Assembly: GCA_965261665.1 (NCBI GenBank)
Contig: OZ253467.1
Coordinates: forward strand, 150,576 to 214,575
From: Dehalococcoidia bacterium
Lineage (GTDB): Bacteria; Chloroflexota; Dehalococcoidia; Lucifugimonadales; GCA-2712585
Direction: 5' to 3'
Length of the DNA stretch: 64,000 nucleotides
The notes beneath the pieces were generated by a model that saw nothing but the letters and a program-made list of their open reading frames with translations, was not told the DNA's origin and ran no database searches. Below are positions 27,180 to 37,005 of this stretch, piece after piece; the first letter of the stretch is position 1; every line of letters begins with the position of its first letter. Both the position numbers and the translations under genes were made by a program.

Positions 27180-29426
27180 ATGACAACCTTGCAGCTGACG
27201 CAGAACGCCAAAATCGTCCTCAAGACCCGCTACCTGCTGGGGGACGAAACGCCGGAAGACCTGTTTTGGCGCGTGGCCCATGCCGTTGCGGAGCCGGAAG
27301 ACCCCAGTCCCCACGCTTTCCAGGGCCGGGACTACTGGGCCCGGGAATTCTACGATCTGATGACCTCATGCCGGTTCATGCCCAACTCCCCCACCCTGTT
27401 CAACGCCGGCACCGGCCAAGGCACCCTCTCCGCCTGCTTCGTCATCCCCGTGGAAGATACCATGGAGAGCATAATGCAGGCGGCCACCACTTCAGCCATG
27501 ATCCAGAAGTTTGGCGGCGGCATCGGCTACGCATTCTCCAAGCTGCGCCCTCGTGGCAGCCCCATCTCCACCACCCACGGCAAGGCCTGCGGCGCCGTTG
27601 CCGTCCTCAAGATGCTCAGCGCCCTCAGCGACATGATTACCCAGGGCGGCAAGCGCCACGGCGCCAACATGGGCATCCTCCACGTCAGTCACCCGGAAAT
27701 CTTCGACTTCATCCACATGAAAGACACAAACGCCGACGCCCAGAACTTCAACGTGTCAGTAGCCATTACCGACGATTTCATGCAGGCCCTGGAGCGGGAC
27801 ATGGATTGGGACCTCGTCGACCCATCCAGCAAGGAAGTGGTCCGTACCATCCCCGCCCGGCAGATATGGGATGAGATAATCGACTCCGCTTGGCAGACGG
27901 GCGACCCCGGTCTCTATTTCATAGACGAGGCCAACCGCAACAATCCCACGCCCCACCTGGGCAGTCTGGACAGCACCAACCCCTGCGGCGAAGTCCCCCT
28001 CCTGGGATTCGAAGCCTGTAACCTAGGCTCTCTGAACTTGGCCAGATTCGTAGACCGCGGCGTCTTCGACTACGACGGACTAGCGGAGACCACCCGTACC
28101 GCCACCCGCTTCCTGGACAACGTGGTAACCGTAAACCACTTTCCCATCCAGCAGGTGAAGGAAGCCGTGGAGAAGACTCGCAAGATTGGCCTCGGCGTCA
28201 TGGGTTGGCACGACGCCCTCATCAAAATGGGCATATCCTACGAGTCCCCCGAGGCGCTGGACGTGGCTGACCAGGTCATGGGTCTCATCAACCGGGTGGC
28301 CCGGGAGACCTCCATAGAACTCGCCCAAGAGAGAGGCGCATATCCGGCCTGTCGAGAAGATGTACCCATCCGAAACTCCACCCGCACCTGCATCGCCCCC
28401 ACGGGCACCATCAGCGTCATCGCCGGCGCCTCCAGCGGCATTGAGCCCATCTTCGCAGTCGCTTTCGTCAAGAACGTTCTGGACGGCAAGCAGCTACGGG
28501 AGGTCAACCCCTACTTCGTTGAGATGGCCAAGGACGGCGGCTACTACAGCGAGGAGCTTATGGATGAGGTGGCCCGCACCGGCTCCGTACAGAACGTCGC
28601 CGCCGTGCCGCCGCACGTGAAAGAACTCTTCAAGACCTCCCTGGAAATCGACTACAAGGCCCACGTCAACATGCAGGGGGTATACCAGAAGCACACTAAC
28701 TTGGCCGTCAGCAAGACCATCAACATGGCCAACGACGCCAACCGGGAAGACGTTCAGCAGGCTTACAAGATGGCCTATGGCTCCCATTGCATCGGCATCA
28801 CCATCTACCGGGACGGCTCCAAGCCCACCCAGGTGCTGGAGGTCCAAGCAAGCAAGGGCGAACAGACGGCGGCGACGACGGCTTTCCCCACCCTGACGAT
28901 GCGACCGCGACCAAGCCGGATGCAAGGCGTCACGGAGCGAGTGCGTACCGGTCACGGCAACATGTACGTAACCGTCAACTTCGATGAGGAACTGAGTCCC
29001 TTCGAGGTCTTCTCCTCCACCCTTGGCAAGGCTGGCGGCTGCGAATCCGCCGGCATGGAGGCCATATCCCGCCTGATCTCCCTGGCCCTTCGCTCCGGTA
29101 TAGACCCAATGGAGATTATTGACCAGCTCAAGGGCATAACCTGCGTGCCTGCGTGGGACCAGGGCATTCTGGTGGGTTCCCCCGCCGACGCCGTGGCCCT
29201 GGCCCTGGAACGCCACATCCCCGGCTCTGTTCGCGGTCAGGGACATCCGTCCTACGCCAAGCAGCTTCAGCTGGATACCGCCGAATATTCCCAGCCCAGG
29301 GAGTCCAACGGCAACGGCACACACCTTCACAATACCGGCGTACGGTGCCCCGAGTGCAACGGCTTGACCATCTTCCAGGAGGGCTGCCAAGCCTGCCTCT
29401 CCTGCGGCTGGAACCGGTGCGAATAG
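27180..29426 (+). CDS. nrdJ: Class II (adenosylcobalamin-dependent) ribonucleotide reductase with TSCPD domain and C-terminal Zn ribbon
   Basis: FMPNSPTLFNAG, LSACFV, QGGKRHGANM, TNPCGE, IAPTGTIS, SKTIN, GITIYRDGS, CPEC...C.SCGW..C. No R2 gene is adjacent. Confidence 0.93.
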   Translation: MTTLQLTQNAKIVLKTRYLLGDETPEDLFWRVAHAVAEPEDPSPHAFQGRDYWAREFYDLMTSCRFMPNSPTLFNAGTGQGTLSACFVIPVEDTMESIMQAATTSAMIQKFGGGIGYAFSKLRPRGSPISTTHGKACGAVAVLKMLSALSDMITQGGKRHGANMGILHVSHPEIFDFIHMKDTNADAQNFNVSVAITDDFMQALERDMDWDLVDPSSKEVVRTIPARQIWDEIIDSAWQTGDPGLYFIDEANRNNPTPHLGSLDSTNPCGEVPLLGFEACNLGSLNLARFVDRGVFDYDGLAETTRTATRFLDNVVTVNHFPIQQVKEAVEKTRKIGLGVMGWHDALIKMGISYESPEALDVADQVMGLINRVARETSIELAQERGAYPACREDVPIRNSTRTCIAPTGTISVIAGASSGIEPIFAVAFVKNVLDGKQLREVNPYFVEMAKDGGYYSEELMDEVARTGSVQNVAAVPPHVKELFKTSLEIDYKAHVNMQGVYQKHTNLAVSKTINMANDANREDVQQAYKMAYGSHCIGITIYRDGSKPTQVLEVQASKGEQTAATTAFPTLTMRPRPSRMQGVTERVRTGHGNMYVTVNFDEELSPFEVFSSTLGKAGGCESAGMEAISRLISLALRSGIDPMEIIDQLKGITCVPAWDQGILVGSPADAVALALERHIPGSVRGQGHPSYAKQLQLDTAEYSQPRESNGNGTHLHNTGVRCPECNGLTIFQEGCQACLSCGWNRCE

Positions 29427-29447
29427 CGTCGCCCTAAGAGGCCCCCA

Positions 29448-30467
29448 ATGACAAACACGGAAAGACCCGTCATCGCCATCACCATGGGAGACCCCTGCGG
29501 CATCGGCCCGGAGGTCATCGTCAAGGCGCTGTCGGAACCCAACGTCCATGCCATCTGCCGGCCCATAGTCGTCGGCAGCGTGCCCGCCTTGGAGGCCGCC
29601 CTTGAGCTAACCAACGCACCTCTCGACACCCGGCCCATCGATGCGCCGGATCAGGCGGAAGATGACCTTTCGCTGGTCAACATCATCGACCCGCAGAACC
29701 TGGACTCCCGGCAAATTACCGTGGGCCGCATCTCACCTCCCTGTGGACGCGCCGCCATGGAGTGGGTCACCGCCGCCGCGCATCTGGCGTTGGATGGCAG
29801 CGTCAATGCTCTGGCCACCGCCCCGGTGAACAAGGAAGCCGCCAGCCTGGCCGGATACAAGGCCATTGGCCACATGGAGCTGTTACAGGAGATTACGGGC
29901 GTAAGCGCCGTTGCAACCATGCTCATCTCCGGCAGCCTGCGGGTCGTTCACCTCACCACCCATCGCTCCCTGCGCGTGGCCTGCGATTATGTCACCCGAG
30001 AGCGCGTACTCTCCATGCTGGAGTTGACCCATCATAGCTTCCGTCGATGGGGATTCCCTGAGCCCCGAATCGCCGCAGCCGCCCTGAACCCCCACGCCAG
30101 CGACGGCGGCCTGCTGGGAGACGAAGAGGCCGAAGCCATAGCCCCCGCAGTGCAAGACGCACAACGCCGGGGCATCCTCGCCCAAGGCCCCATCCCTGCC
30201 GACGTGGTCTTCCACCAGGCCATCCGCGGCGCTTACGACGTTGTGCTGGCCATGTATCACGACCAGGGCCACATTCCCATAAAGGTGCACGGATTCGAAC
30301 AGAGCGTCAGCGTCAACCTGGGGTTGCCCTTCGTGCGCGCCTCCGTGGATCACGGCACCGCATTCGATATCGCCGGCCAAGGAATCGCCGACCATACCAG
30401 CATGATAGAGACCATCCGCTTGGCCTCCCTTCTTTGCACCGGCCAAGGCCTCAACCAAGGCCACTAG
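29448..30467 (+). CDS. pdxA: 4-hydroxythreonine-4-phosphate dehydrogenase (PdxA family)
   Basis: ITMGDPCGIGPE, APVNKE, GH.E, LNPHA, AMYHDQGH, SVDHGTAFDIAG. Confidence 0.92.
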   Translation: MTNTERPVIAITMGDPCGIGPEVIVKALSEPNVHAICRPIVVGSVPALEAALELTNAPLDTRPIDAPDQAEDDLSLVNIIDPQNLDSRQITVGRISPPCGRAAMEWVTAAAHLALDGSVNALATAPVNKEAASLAGYKAIGHMELLQEITGVSAVATMLISGSLRVVHLTTHRSLRVACDYVTRERVLSMLELTHHSFRRWGFPEPRIAAAALNPHASDGGLLGDEEAEAIAPAVQDAQRRGILAQGPIPADVVFHQAIRGAYDVVLAMYHDQGHIPIKVHGFEQSVSVNLGLPFVRASVDHGTAFDIAGQGIADHTSMIETIRLASLLCTGQGLNQGH

Positions 30468-30669
30468 CGTCGCGATAGCCCTCTTCCCAACTAGAGGAGG
30501 CGTCAGACCGTCTGCCAGTCTCCATCTTGACGATATAAACAATGCTTGATAGTATGAGGCTGTTGACTCTCAGTTGATTAATGAGTGTCACACGCGGGAG
30601 ATGATGTTTACAATCTCGCGAGTTGAAGCTTATACTTAAACTAATAGCTTGAGATGCGGGAGGTGGCCC

Positions 30670-30888
30670 GTGGGAGTTCGCACTGACTATCTCGTTGCAT
30701 GCCCGTCCTTCTTAGAAGGTATGGCGCGTCTCGCTGATCTCGGCGGTACGCTCAATGAGTATAACTACTCATCAGATGGTGAAGCAGCAGATTCCATCGC
30801 AATATGGTCGGATTGGGCTATGACAGGCCAGGATATATACGAGGCTATGAAGACTTATGAAAATGAGGTGATGGAAGTATTCCCCTGA
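30670..30888 (+). CDS. Small acidic hypothetical protein (72 aa)
   Basis: GGGAGG SD before GTG at 30670; PSFLEGMARLADLGG...AD..AI.SDW..TG.DI. Lower GC. Confidence 0.7.
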   Translation: MGVRTDYLVACPSFLEGMARLADLGGTLNEYNYSSDGEAADSIAIWSDWAMTGQDIYEAMKTYENEVMEVFP

Positions 30889-30900
30889 ATAGCTTGATCA

Positions 30901-31371
30901 ATGCCTAAGCGAAAGAACAAGAAAGCTCGTAATATCGTCGAGAAGGAGCCTGCCAAGCAGCAGGCTCCTGTTGTTTCGTCCAAGTCGATTGAGGTCACAG
31001 CATGGAAAGGGCCTATCCCTCCCCCGGCTATACTAGAGGAGTACGAGGCGGCGCTTCCCGGCGCTGCGGACCGCATCATAAGCATGGCGGAGAAACAAGC
31101 TGCCCATCGCATGGCACTTGAGGCTTTAGTGATTGGGGGCGATTCTCAGAGGAGCCGCTTGGGAATCATTTTTGGGTTCATCATCACCTTGGCCGCTTTA
31201 GGCGGTGCTGTCTTTCTCATCTATAACGATAAAAACGTGGCTGGTCTCATCCTTGCAACTACTGCCATAGTTGGGTTGGTTAGCGCATTCGTGTACGGAA
31301 CCAATGCCCGCCGAGCGGAGCGAAGTCAAAAGGCCTCAAATATGCCGCAGGTTAGAAATCCTCAGCCCTAG
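30901..31371 (+). CDS. DUF2335-like membrane protein
   Basis: W.GPIPPP.IL.EYE..LPGAADRII.MAEKQ..HR followed by two TM helices. Confidence 0.85.
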   Translation: MPKRKNKKARNIVEKEPAKQQAPVVSSKSIEVTAWKGPIPPPAILEEYEAALPGAADRIISMAEKQAAHRMALEALVIGGDSQRSRLGIIFGFIITLAALGGAVFLIYNDKNVAGLILATTAIVGLVSAFVYGTNARRAERSQKASNMPQVRNPQP

Positions 31372-31462
31372 CTGCGGGACCACCCCGTAAAATCATCCCC
31401 GTCCCATAGGGATACCCCCCCTGCAATGCTATAATATGCGACACCTTCAGTAGGGCGGTTCC

Positions 31463-32266
31463 ATGAACCTTTCATTCATAGGCGGCGGCGCCATGGCGGA
31501 AGCCATGATTCGCGGCGTTCTTTCCCAATCTCTGGCCAAGCCGGAGAACGTCTATGTGGGCGAGATTTCCGAGGAACGGTGCCGCTACCTCTCAGACGCC
31601 TATCGAATCTACGCTTCGCCCCGCAACGACGTCGCCGCGTCCAAAGGCGAACTCGTGGTGCTCGCCGTTAAACCCCAGAACTTCCAAGACGTTGCGCCCG
31701 ATCTACGAAGCTGCCTATCGTCTAGTCAAACGGTCCTCTCCATCATTGCCGGTTTACCCATGTCCACCCTCACCGGCGAACTCGACCACGCCGCAGCCAT
31801 ACGTGTCATGCCTAACACGCCGGCCCAGATCGGCGAAGGTATGACTCTATGGTTATGCGCCCCGTCCGTCTCGGACGACGCCGCTACCCAGGCCGAGGCG
31901 ATTCTGACAACCCTGGGCGATCAGATGCGAGTGGACCGGGAGGCGTACATAGACATGGCCACGGCCCTTAGCGCCAGCGGTCCCGCCTACGTCTTCCTCT
32001 TCATTGAGTCGCTGATAGACGCCGGCGTACATCTCGGGATGCCCAGGCCCATGGCAAGCCGGCTGACCCTCCAAACGGTGTTGGGCAGCGTGCGGCTTGT
32101 GAAGGAGACGAAGAGCCACCCGGCAGAGCTCAAGAACATGGTCACGTCCCCCGGAGGCACCACCGCTGCGGCCCTTATGGCCCTGGAGGAAGAATCATTC
32201 CGGTCCACGGTAATGAAGGCCGTCGTCGCCGCCCACCGTAGGTCCGTGGAGTTGTCTGAGGAGTAG
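31463..32266 (+). CDS. proC: Pyrroline-5-carboxylate reductase
   Basis: FIGGGAMAEAM, LAVKPQ, RVMPNTP, SASGPAY, VTSPGGTT. Confidence 0.96.
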   Translation: MNLSFIGGGAMAEAMIRGVLSQSLAKPENVYVGEISEERCRYLSDAYRIYASPRNDVAASKGELVVLAVKPQNFQDVAPDLRSCLSSSQTVLSIIAGLPMSTLTGELDHAAAIRVMPNTPAQIGEGMTLWLCAPSVSDDAATQAEAILTTLGDQMRVDREAYIDMATALSASGPAYVFLFIESLIDAGVHLGMPRPMASRLTLQTVLGSVRLVKETKSHPAELKNMVTSPGGTTAAALMALEEESFRSTVMKAVVAAHRRSVELSEE

Positions 32267-32271
32267 CGAAC

Positions 32272-32538
32272 TTGGCCTCCAACGATTTCCTTATTGGCAT
32301 TGGAATTCTCCTGCGATTTGTGGGCTTCGTCATATTCGGTCGCGTCATGATCTCGTGGCTGGTGGCGGCACAGATGTTGTCTCCCACCAATCCCATAGTC
32401 AACGCGCTCTTCAGCGTTACGGAACCTATCCTCGACCCTATAAGAAAAGTAATACCCCGGGTGGGCATGTTCGACTTCTCCCCGATGCTGGTAATGATTT
32501 TTCTCTTTGTCGCAGCCGAGATACTCCAAAGATCCTAG
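32272..32538 (+). CDS. YggT family membrane protein
   Basis: R..ISW, NP.V..L..VTEPIL.PIRKVIP..G.FDFSP. Follows proC. Confidence 0.9.
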   Translation: MASNDFLIGIGILLRFVGFVIFGRVMISWLVAAQMLSPTNPIVNALFSVTEPILDPIRKVIPRVGMFDFSPMLVMIFLFVAAEILQRS

Positions 32539-32712
32539 TATCGATTCCCTTTCGTACACCCTTCTTTCTCCAGCGTCTTGTGCCCAACTCTAACCCAGAG
32601 CGGCTTTTCTGCTGACACGGTCCGGGAACCACCCCGACGTTGACATCCACGGGCCCATTTCAAACACTCCAAACATAACAACCGAGCTGTACTCTCAGCA
32701 CCTGACGACGTA

Positions 32713-32937
32713 GTGACAATTGCCGCCGGGGCCGCCTTCGCCATAACTGAAATTGGGAGAACCTCAATGGTGCTTGCCCATTCACTCCAGAAATGGCTGA
32801 GCAAAAAGTTGCGAGAGGGAGCCGAAAAATTCCGTATCAGATTCCGGACGGAGGGGCGTCGGTTGTGGGCTGAGTGGAATGCCCACCGGAAGGATGCGGA
32901 GGCCCAGGGTGAAAAGTTCACGGAACCTCCCCCGTAA
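32713..32937 (+). CDS. Small hypothetical protein or truncated remnant ending in ...WAEWNAHRKDAEAQGEKFTEPPP
   Basis: Short ORF with a helical charged C-terminus and no clear SD. May be 5'-truncated. Confidence 0.4.
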   Translation: MTIAAGAAFAITEIGRTSMVLAHSLQKWLSKKLREGAEKFRIRFRTEGRRLWAEWNAHRKDAEAQGEKFTEPPP

Positions 32938-33142
32938 CCAACCCGGTCAACTTGCAAATAGTCCCCTTGTTCGGTAGTATCCTACGGATGCCTCTAGTTT
33001 CGCACAATTGCAATACGAACATGCGCTCCATTCTCGATGAAAGACATCCTTATCCGGAATCGACTACAACTAGGAAGTTCTGCTCTCTATCGATCTCCTG
33101 CGCCCAGTCGCCCCCCTGTGGGCGCCCCAAAAAATCGGCGAA

Positions 33143-36100
33143 GTGCGACTAAGGCCTACCCGATTCACCCCCACCCTCCTCCTGGCCTTGTTGCTAGGTC
33201 TCCTAACCACCCTCCCCGCGTCGGCGGCCTCCACCGACTCCTTTCCCGGAACCATCGAGTTCATGGACGCTACAGGCATCACCCCCATCTCCTACGTTAG
33301 CCTCAACGGGCCCGCGTCCACCGTCGGAATTCAGCTTCGAATTACAGACACAGACCTGGATGTCGTCATAAAGAGAGAGGGCGAAAACGCCGACGTCTTA
33401 GATGGCAGCCGCCTATCTGCCGGCGACATTCAGCCCCTGGTGGGCGAAGAATGGTTCGACCTGCAGGACATGAACGGCGACGGTAGGGTCGATAGACGGG
33501 ACATTCGCGCCCTCGATAGTGCGGGCAATAATGTCGTCACAGACTCGGAAACCATCTGGTACGACAAGACCAACGGCGTTCTACGCGTACCCGAAGACAC
33601 CGTCAAACTAGAGTACTGGATCAAGACAAAAACCACCCTCGGCTCCGGGTCGGCTGCACAACAGTCCGGCAGGGAACGGCAGGGGCAAGAAATTTACGCC
33701 TCTCTAACCAATGGCGCCACCATTCCCGTGCCCGAAGGACACTCGCTTCTGCCTACGGATTACGGCTGGATAGACGTGTTGGAGGCGCAGTCCCCCGGCC
33801 TCAAAGCAACACAGGATGTAGAAACAGTCCCAATTCTCGAAATGATGCTGAAAGCCAGCATTAGGGCCTACAACGAACCTCCCGCAAACGAAGAAGAGTC
33901 GGATCTGGTGATTGACGCTTTCTTCACCCCGGCAGGTACAAACGGCCAACCCCCAGCCAGCGTATCCTTCAAAGTCTTCAACCACTTTGCAATCGGCGAG
34001 CCAGGAGAACCTGGCTTCCAGCCGGGGGCAGAAGTTGGCGTAGGTCCGGGCGGCCAACCTTCTAACGTTATCGTTGAGTACGAGTATTGGGGAAGCCCCG
34101 ACAGCGCCTACCCCGAGCGCGAGTTCCTTCCGGCGGCCGGCGCACCTCGCGACACCGGCAAAGTTAGAATCAGCACCGACGCTGCCCCCAAAGGCATCGG
34201 CGTCATCCTTGAAGAAACCCACGCCGCTTCCGGCGTCTTCGTCTCAACCATCGTCATTTGCGAAGCCGGCTCGGACGGCTGCGCAGCGGCACAAGAGAAA
34301 GCGGTGAAGCTTCCGGTAAACAAGGAGGGCGATTTCATACTGGTGACCTACGAGGACGACTCTCCCCCCAACGACCGTGAAGCTACCTTGCCCTTGGACG
34401 TGCACGCCCCCACCCTCGCCCTATTCTCCCCCGCCAGTGGCTCCGCCGGACGAGAGGACGAACCTACCGTGTCCTTCCAAGTTACGGACGCCGAGTCGGG
34501 CCTCAACATCGACGACGATGACATAGACAGCACCTACGTCGTCGCCGGCCTATACGACCTGGAAGCAGAACAAGCCGCCGACAGCGTAGTCTTCGAACGC
34601 GACGAACTAAACCTCCGCAGCGTAGTTGACGGCTACTCCACCTCCGTAACCATCAACGAGGGAAAGGGCAATAAGGATGCGCTTGACAGCCAAAAGTTGA
34701 CCGATGACAGCCAGTACGAGATTCGTTGGTGGGCCGTCGCCACGGACAATGCCGGCAACGTTGGCGTCAGCGACGCGGACAGAGAAACCGAATGCGTCAT
34801 AGCCTCAGGCGACGTATATAGCTTCAAGTTCGGCACCGAACGTACCCAAGCCCAGACGGCCACCCTCATCGCCTCCCTCGAGAAGACCCTCGAGTTCGAG
34901 ACGGGCTGCGAACCCCACGTCATCAGGGTAGACACCGCAGACCCTTCGCTGGAAAAGGCTGTCACCGGCTCCTGGCTCGACGACGATACGGAGAAGGAGG
35001 GGCCGGATGCCATTCGCACCAGCATAGTCGCCGTCTTCAACGAGGCCCTAGACTGTGCCACCGTTACCGTGAACGACTTCAAAGTAGACGAAGCCGCCCC
35101 CAACAGCGTGATCTGCAAGGACGCCAATGTCTACCTCGCCGTCAATGAGCTTGTCTCTGACGCCGTCCCCAAGATAAAGGTGGCTGAGGGCGCAGTCTCG
35201 GACAAGGCCGGCAACCCTGTCGAGGCCGGTACAGTCACCGCCGAAGACAGCATCCCCGCCAAGCTCGCCGTCACCGTAACGGGAACGGGCGGCGGCGGGA
35301 CCCGCGCGGTAACCAAAAGGGCCGTCACCGTTACCATTTCTTCGGACGAACGGCTTTCCAGCAATCCCATGGTGACCATCAATAGGATAGGCGACGACTA
35401 TTCGCTTGTCAGGTTTAGCCAGGGAGAAGCGCTTTCCATTGGCACAACCAACCGCTGGACTCTGACAGCTGCCCTTTCCAGAGACGGCCTCTACGCCGTG
35501 CGCGTGTCCGCCGTGGACCAGGGGGGCAGAATAGAAGCCACCGTAGGTCTGGACGAAACCGACTTCAGCGCCGCCTCTCTAAAGGACTCCAAGGCCATCC
35601 TCTTTGAAGTGGACAGCAAGCTGCGTCCCCCCACCCTTATGCCGGAGGACGGCGGTACAACGGTCAACCCAGACGTGTTCATCAGGATAGACTTCAAAAA
35701 CGAGGCCGCAGAATACGGCCTCGCCAAAGAGACGGACAACGAGTTTCCCCCGCCGGCCAAGACCCGCGAGGCCACGGACGACCCGACCTTGGTGGACGTG
35801 AGCTTCGATACCCACAATACGGTGGAACTCGTCAGCGCTACTTTCAACGGCGATGACGTTACCGGCGACGTTATCACCAGGGACCACCTGCTCTTCTACT
35901 ATCACCCCGGCAATCTCGACCTCGGCGACTACCGGCTAGAGTTAGAAGCCAAGGACAACGCAGGCAACTGGTCGACGGACACGCTGAACTTCACGGTGAT
36001 TGAACGTCAGCCGTACAAGCTGCCTATCAACCTCGGCTTGAACCTCGTGTCCCTGCCTGCCGACCCAGCGGACGGAAGCGTCCACGCCGTATTCGCCGGC

Positions 36101-36538
36101 AAGCTGGACATCTCCACCGTGGCGACCTACGAAAATGCCACGGGGGTGTGGTTGACCGCCACTCGTGGAGAGGACGGGACCTTCACCGGCGACCTGATGA
36201 CCATAGACGCCAAACACGGTTACTTCATGGTGTCGGAAAGCGCCCTGGACCTAGAAGTCATACTCGTAAGGGAAAGCTATTTTGATGCTCCGCCCCACAT
36301 TGGGGTATTCAAAGGCTGGAATCTGGTCCCCGTAACAGACGTAGCTCGGCGGCCCGCCAGAACCACCGTCAAAGCCGCCGAGTACTTCGCCAACATCGAC
36401 GCGAACGTCGCCTTCGGCTACGACTCGGACAAAGACCAGTTGACGCGTCTGTCCTTAGCGGGCGGCACTGAGGCCGTTCTGGCCGTAGGTTCAGCCTACT
36501 GGGTCTACGCCAACGAGGCAGGCGTAATAATCCCCTAG
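33143..36538 (+). CDS. Large exported acidic beta-rich surface protein (S-layer or Ig-like repeat candidate)
   Basis: Signal peptide (...LPASA-A), Asp/Glu/Thr-rich, repeated A.D.AGN Ig-like ends, EF-hand/dockerin-like DMNGDGRVD, C-terminal GLNLVSLP...GWNLVPV...YWVY pair. Confidence 0.85.
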   Translation: MRLRPTRFTPTLLLALLLGLLTTLPASAASTDSFPGTIEFMDATGITPISYVSLNGPASTVGIQLRITDTDLDVVIKREGENADVLDGSRLSAGDIQPLVGEEWFDLQDMNGDGRVDRRDIRALDSAGNNVVTDSETIWYDKTNGVLRVPEDTVKLEYWIKTKTTLGSGSAAQQSGRERQGQEIYASLTNGATIPVPEGHSLLPTDYGWIDVLEAQSPGLKATQDVETVPILEMMLKASIRAYNEPPANEEESDLVIDAFFTPAGTNGQPPASVSFKVFNHFAIGEPGEPGFQPGAEVGVGPGGQPSNVIVEYEYWGSPDSAYPEREFLPAAGAPRDTGKVRISTDAAPKGIGVILEETHAASGVFVSTIVICEAGSDGCAAAQEKAVKLPVNKEGDFILVTYEDDSPPNDREATLPLDVHAPTLALFSPASGSAGREDEPTVSFQVTDAESGLNIDDDDIDSTYVVAGLYDLEAEQAADSVVFERDELNLRSVVDGYSTSVTINEGKGNKDALDSQKLTDDSQYEIRWWAVATDNAGNVGVSDADRETECVIASGDVYSFKFGTERTQAQTATLIASLEKTLEFETGCEPHVIRVDTADPSLEKAVTGSWLDDDTEKEGPDAIRTSIVAVFNEALDCATVTVNDFKVDEAAPNSVICKDANVYLAVNELVSDAVPKIKVAEGAVSDKAGNPVEAGTVTAEDSIPAKLAVTVTGTGGGGTRAVTKRAVTVTISSDERLSSNPMVTINRIGDDYSLVRFSQGEALSIGTTNRWTLTAALSRDGLYAVRVSAVDQGGRIEATVGLDETDFSAASLKDSKAILFEVDSKLRPPTLMPEDGGTTVNPDVFIRIDFKNEAAEYGLAKETDNEFPPPAKTREATDDPTLVDVSFDTHNTVELVSATFNGDDVTGDVITRDHLLFYYHPGNLDLGDYRLELEAKDNAGNWSTDTLNFTVIERQPYKLPINLGLNLVSLPADPADGSVHAVFAGKLDISTVATYENATGVWLTATRGEDGTFTGDLMTIDAKHGYFMVSESALDLEVILVRESYFDAPPHIGVFKGWNLVPVTDVARRPARTTVKAAEYFANIDANVAFGYDSDKDQLTRLSLAGGTEAVLAVGSAYWVYANEAGVIIP

Positions 36539-36608
36539 CCCTTAAATCTCTACGTGGCCACGCTCGGCCTTCACTTTAACAAAGGCTAACCGCCAAAAAT
36601 CCCCCTCC

Positions 36609-36638
36609 TTGACTGCCTGGCCCCGCCACAGATACAAT
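36609..36638 (+). promoter_or_regulatory. Putative promoter of the padR operon
   Basis: TTGACT -18 nt- TACAAT. Confidence 0.5.
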
Positions 36639-36666
36639 GCCTTCACCAACTCCCACTGGATTTGCC

Positions 36667-36999
36667 ATGTATCAGAAAGAACTCCTGAAGGGCAACACCG
36701 AAACCCTTCTCCTCTCCCTCCTGACCAACGAGCCCATGCACGGCTACCGCATCGTCAAAGAGATCGAGCAGCGTAGCCTGGGCTATTTCCAGTTCAAGGA
36801 GGGCACCCTCTACCCCGCCTTGCACCGGATGGCCGCTGCCGGTCTCATCGAGGGTCGTTGGAGCCTCGGCTCTACAAGCACCCCCCGAAGGTACTACTCC
36901 ATCACCGCCAAGGGGCTGCAAGTGCTGGAAGAACGGCTGGAAGAATGGCGCCGCTTCTCCACCGCCATCAACCGGTTCATCCCCGCCTGGGGAGCCTGA
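36667..36999 (+). CDS. PadR family transcriptional regulator
   Basis: ELLKG....LLSLL..EPMHGY.I, EGTLYPALHRM..AGLI, RRYYSIT.KG. Confidence 0.93.
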   Translation: MYQKELLKGNTETLLLSLLTNEPMHGYRIVKEIEQRSLGYFQFKEGTLYPALHRMAAAGLIEGRWSLGSTSTPRRYYSITAKGLQVLEERLEEWRRFSTAINRFIPAWGA

Positions 37000-37005
37000 C
37001 CCTCC

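Noticed and set aside
27084-29426. Cobalamin riboswitch, CodY box or intein at nrdJ
   Set aside because: No B12-box is present. AATTTTGAAAATT is 2 nt shorter than a CodY box. The NrdJ motifs are contiguous, with no intein-sized insert.
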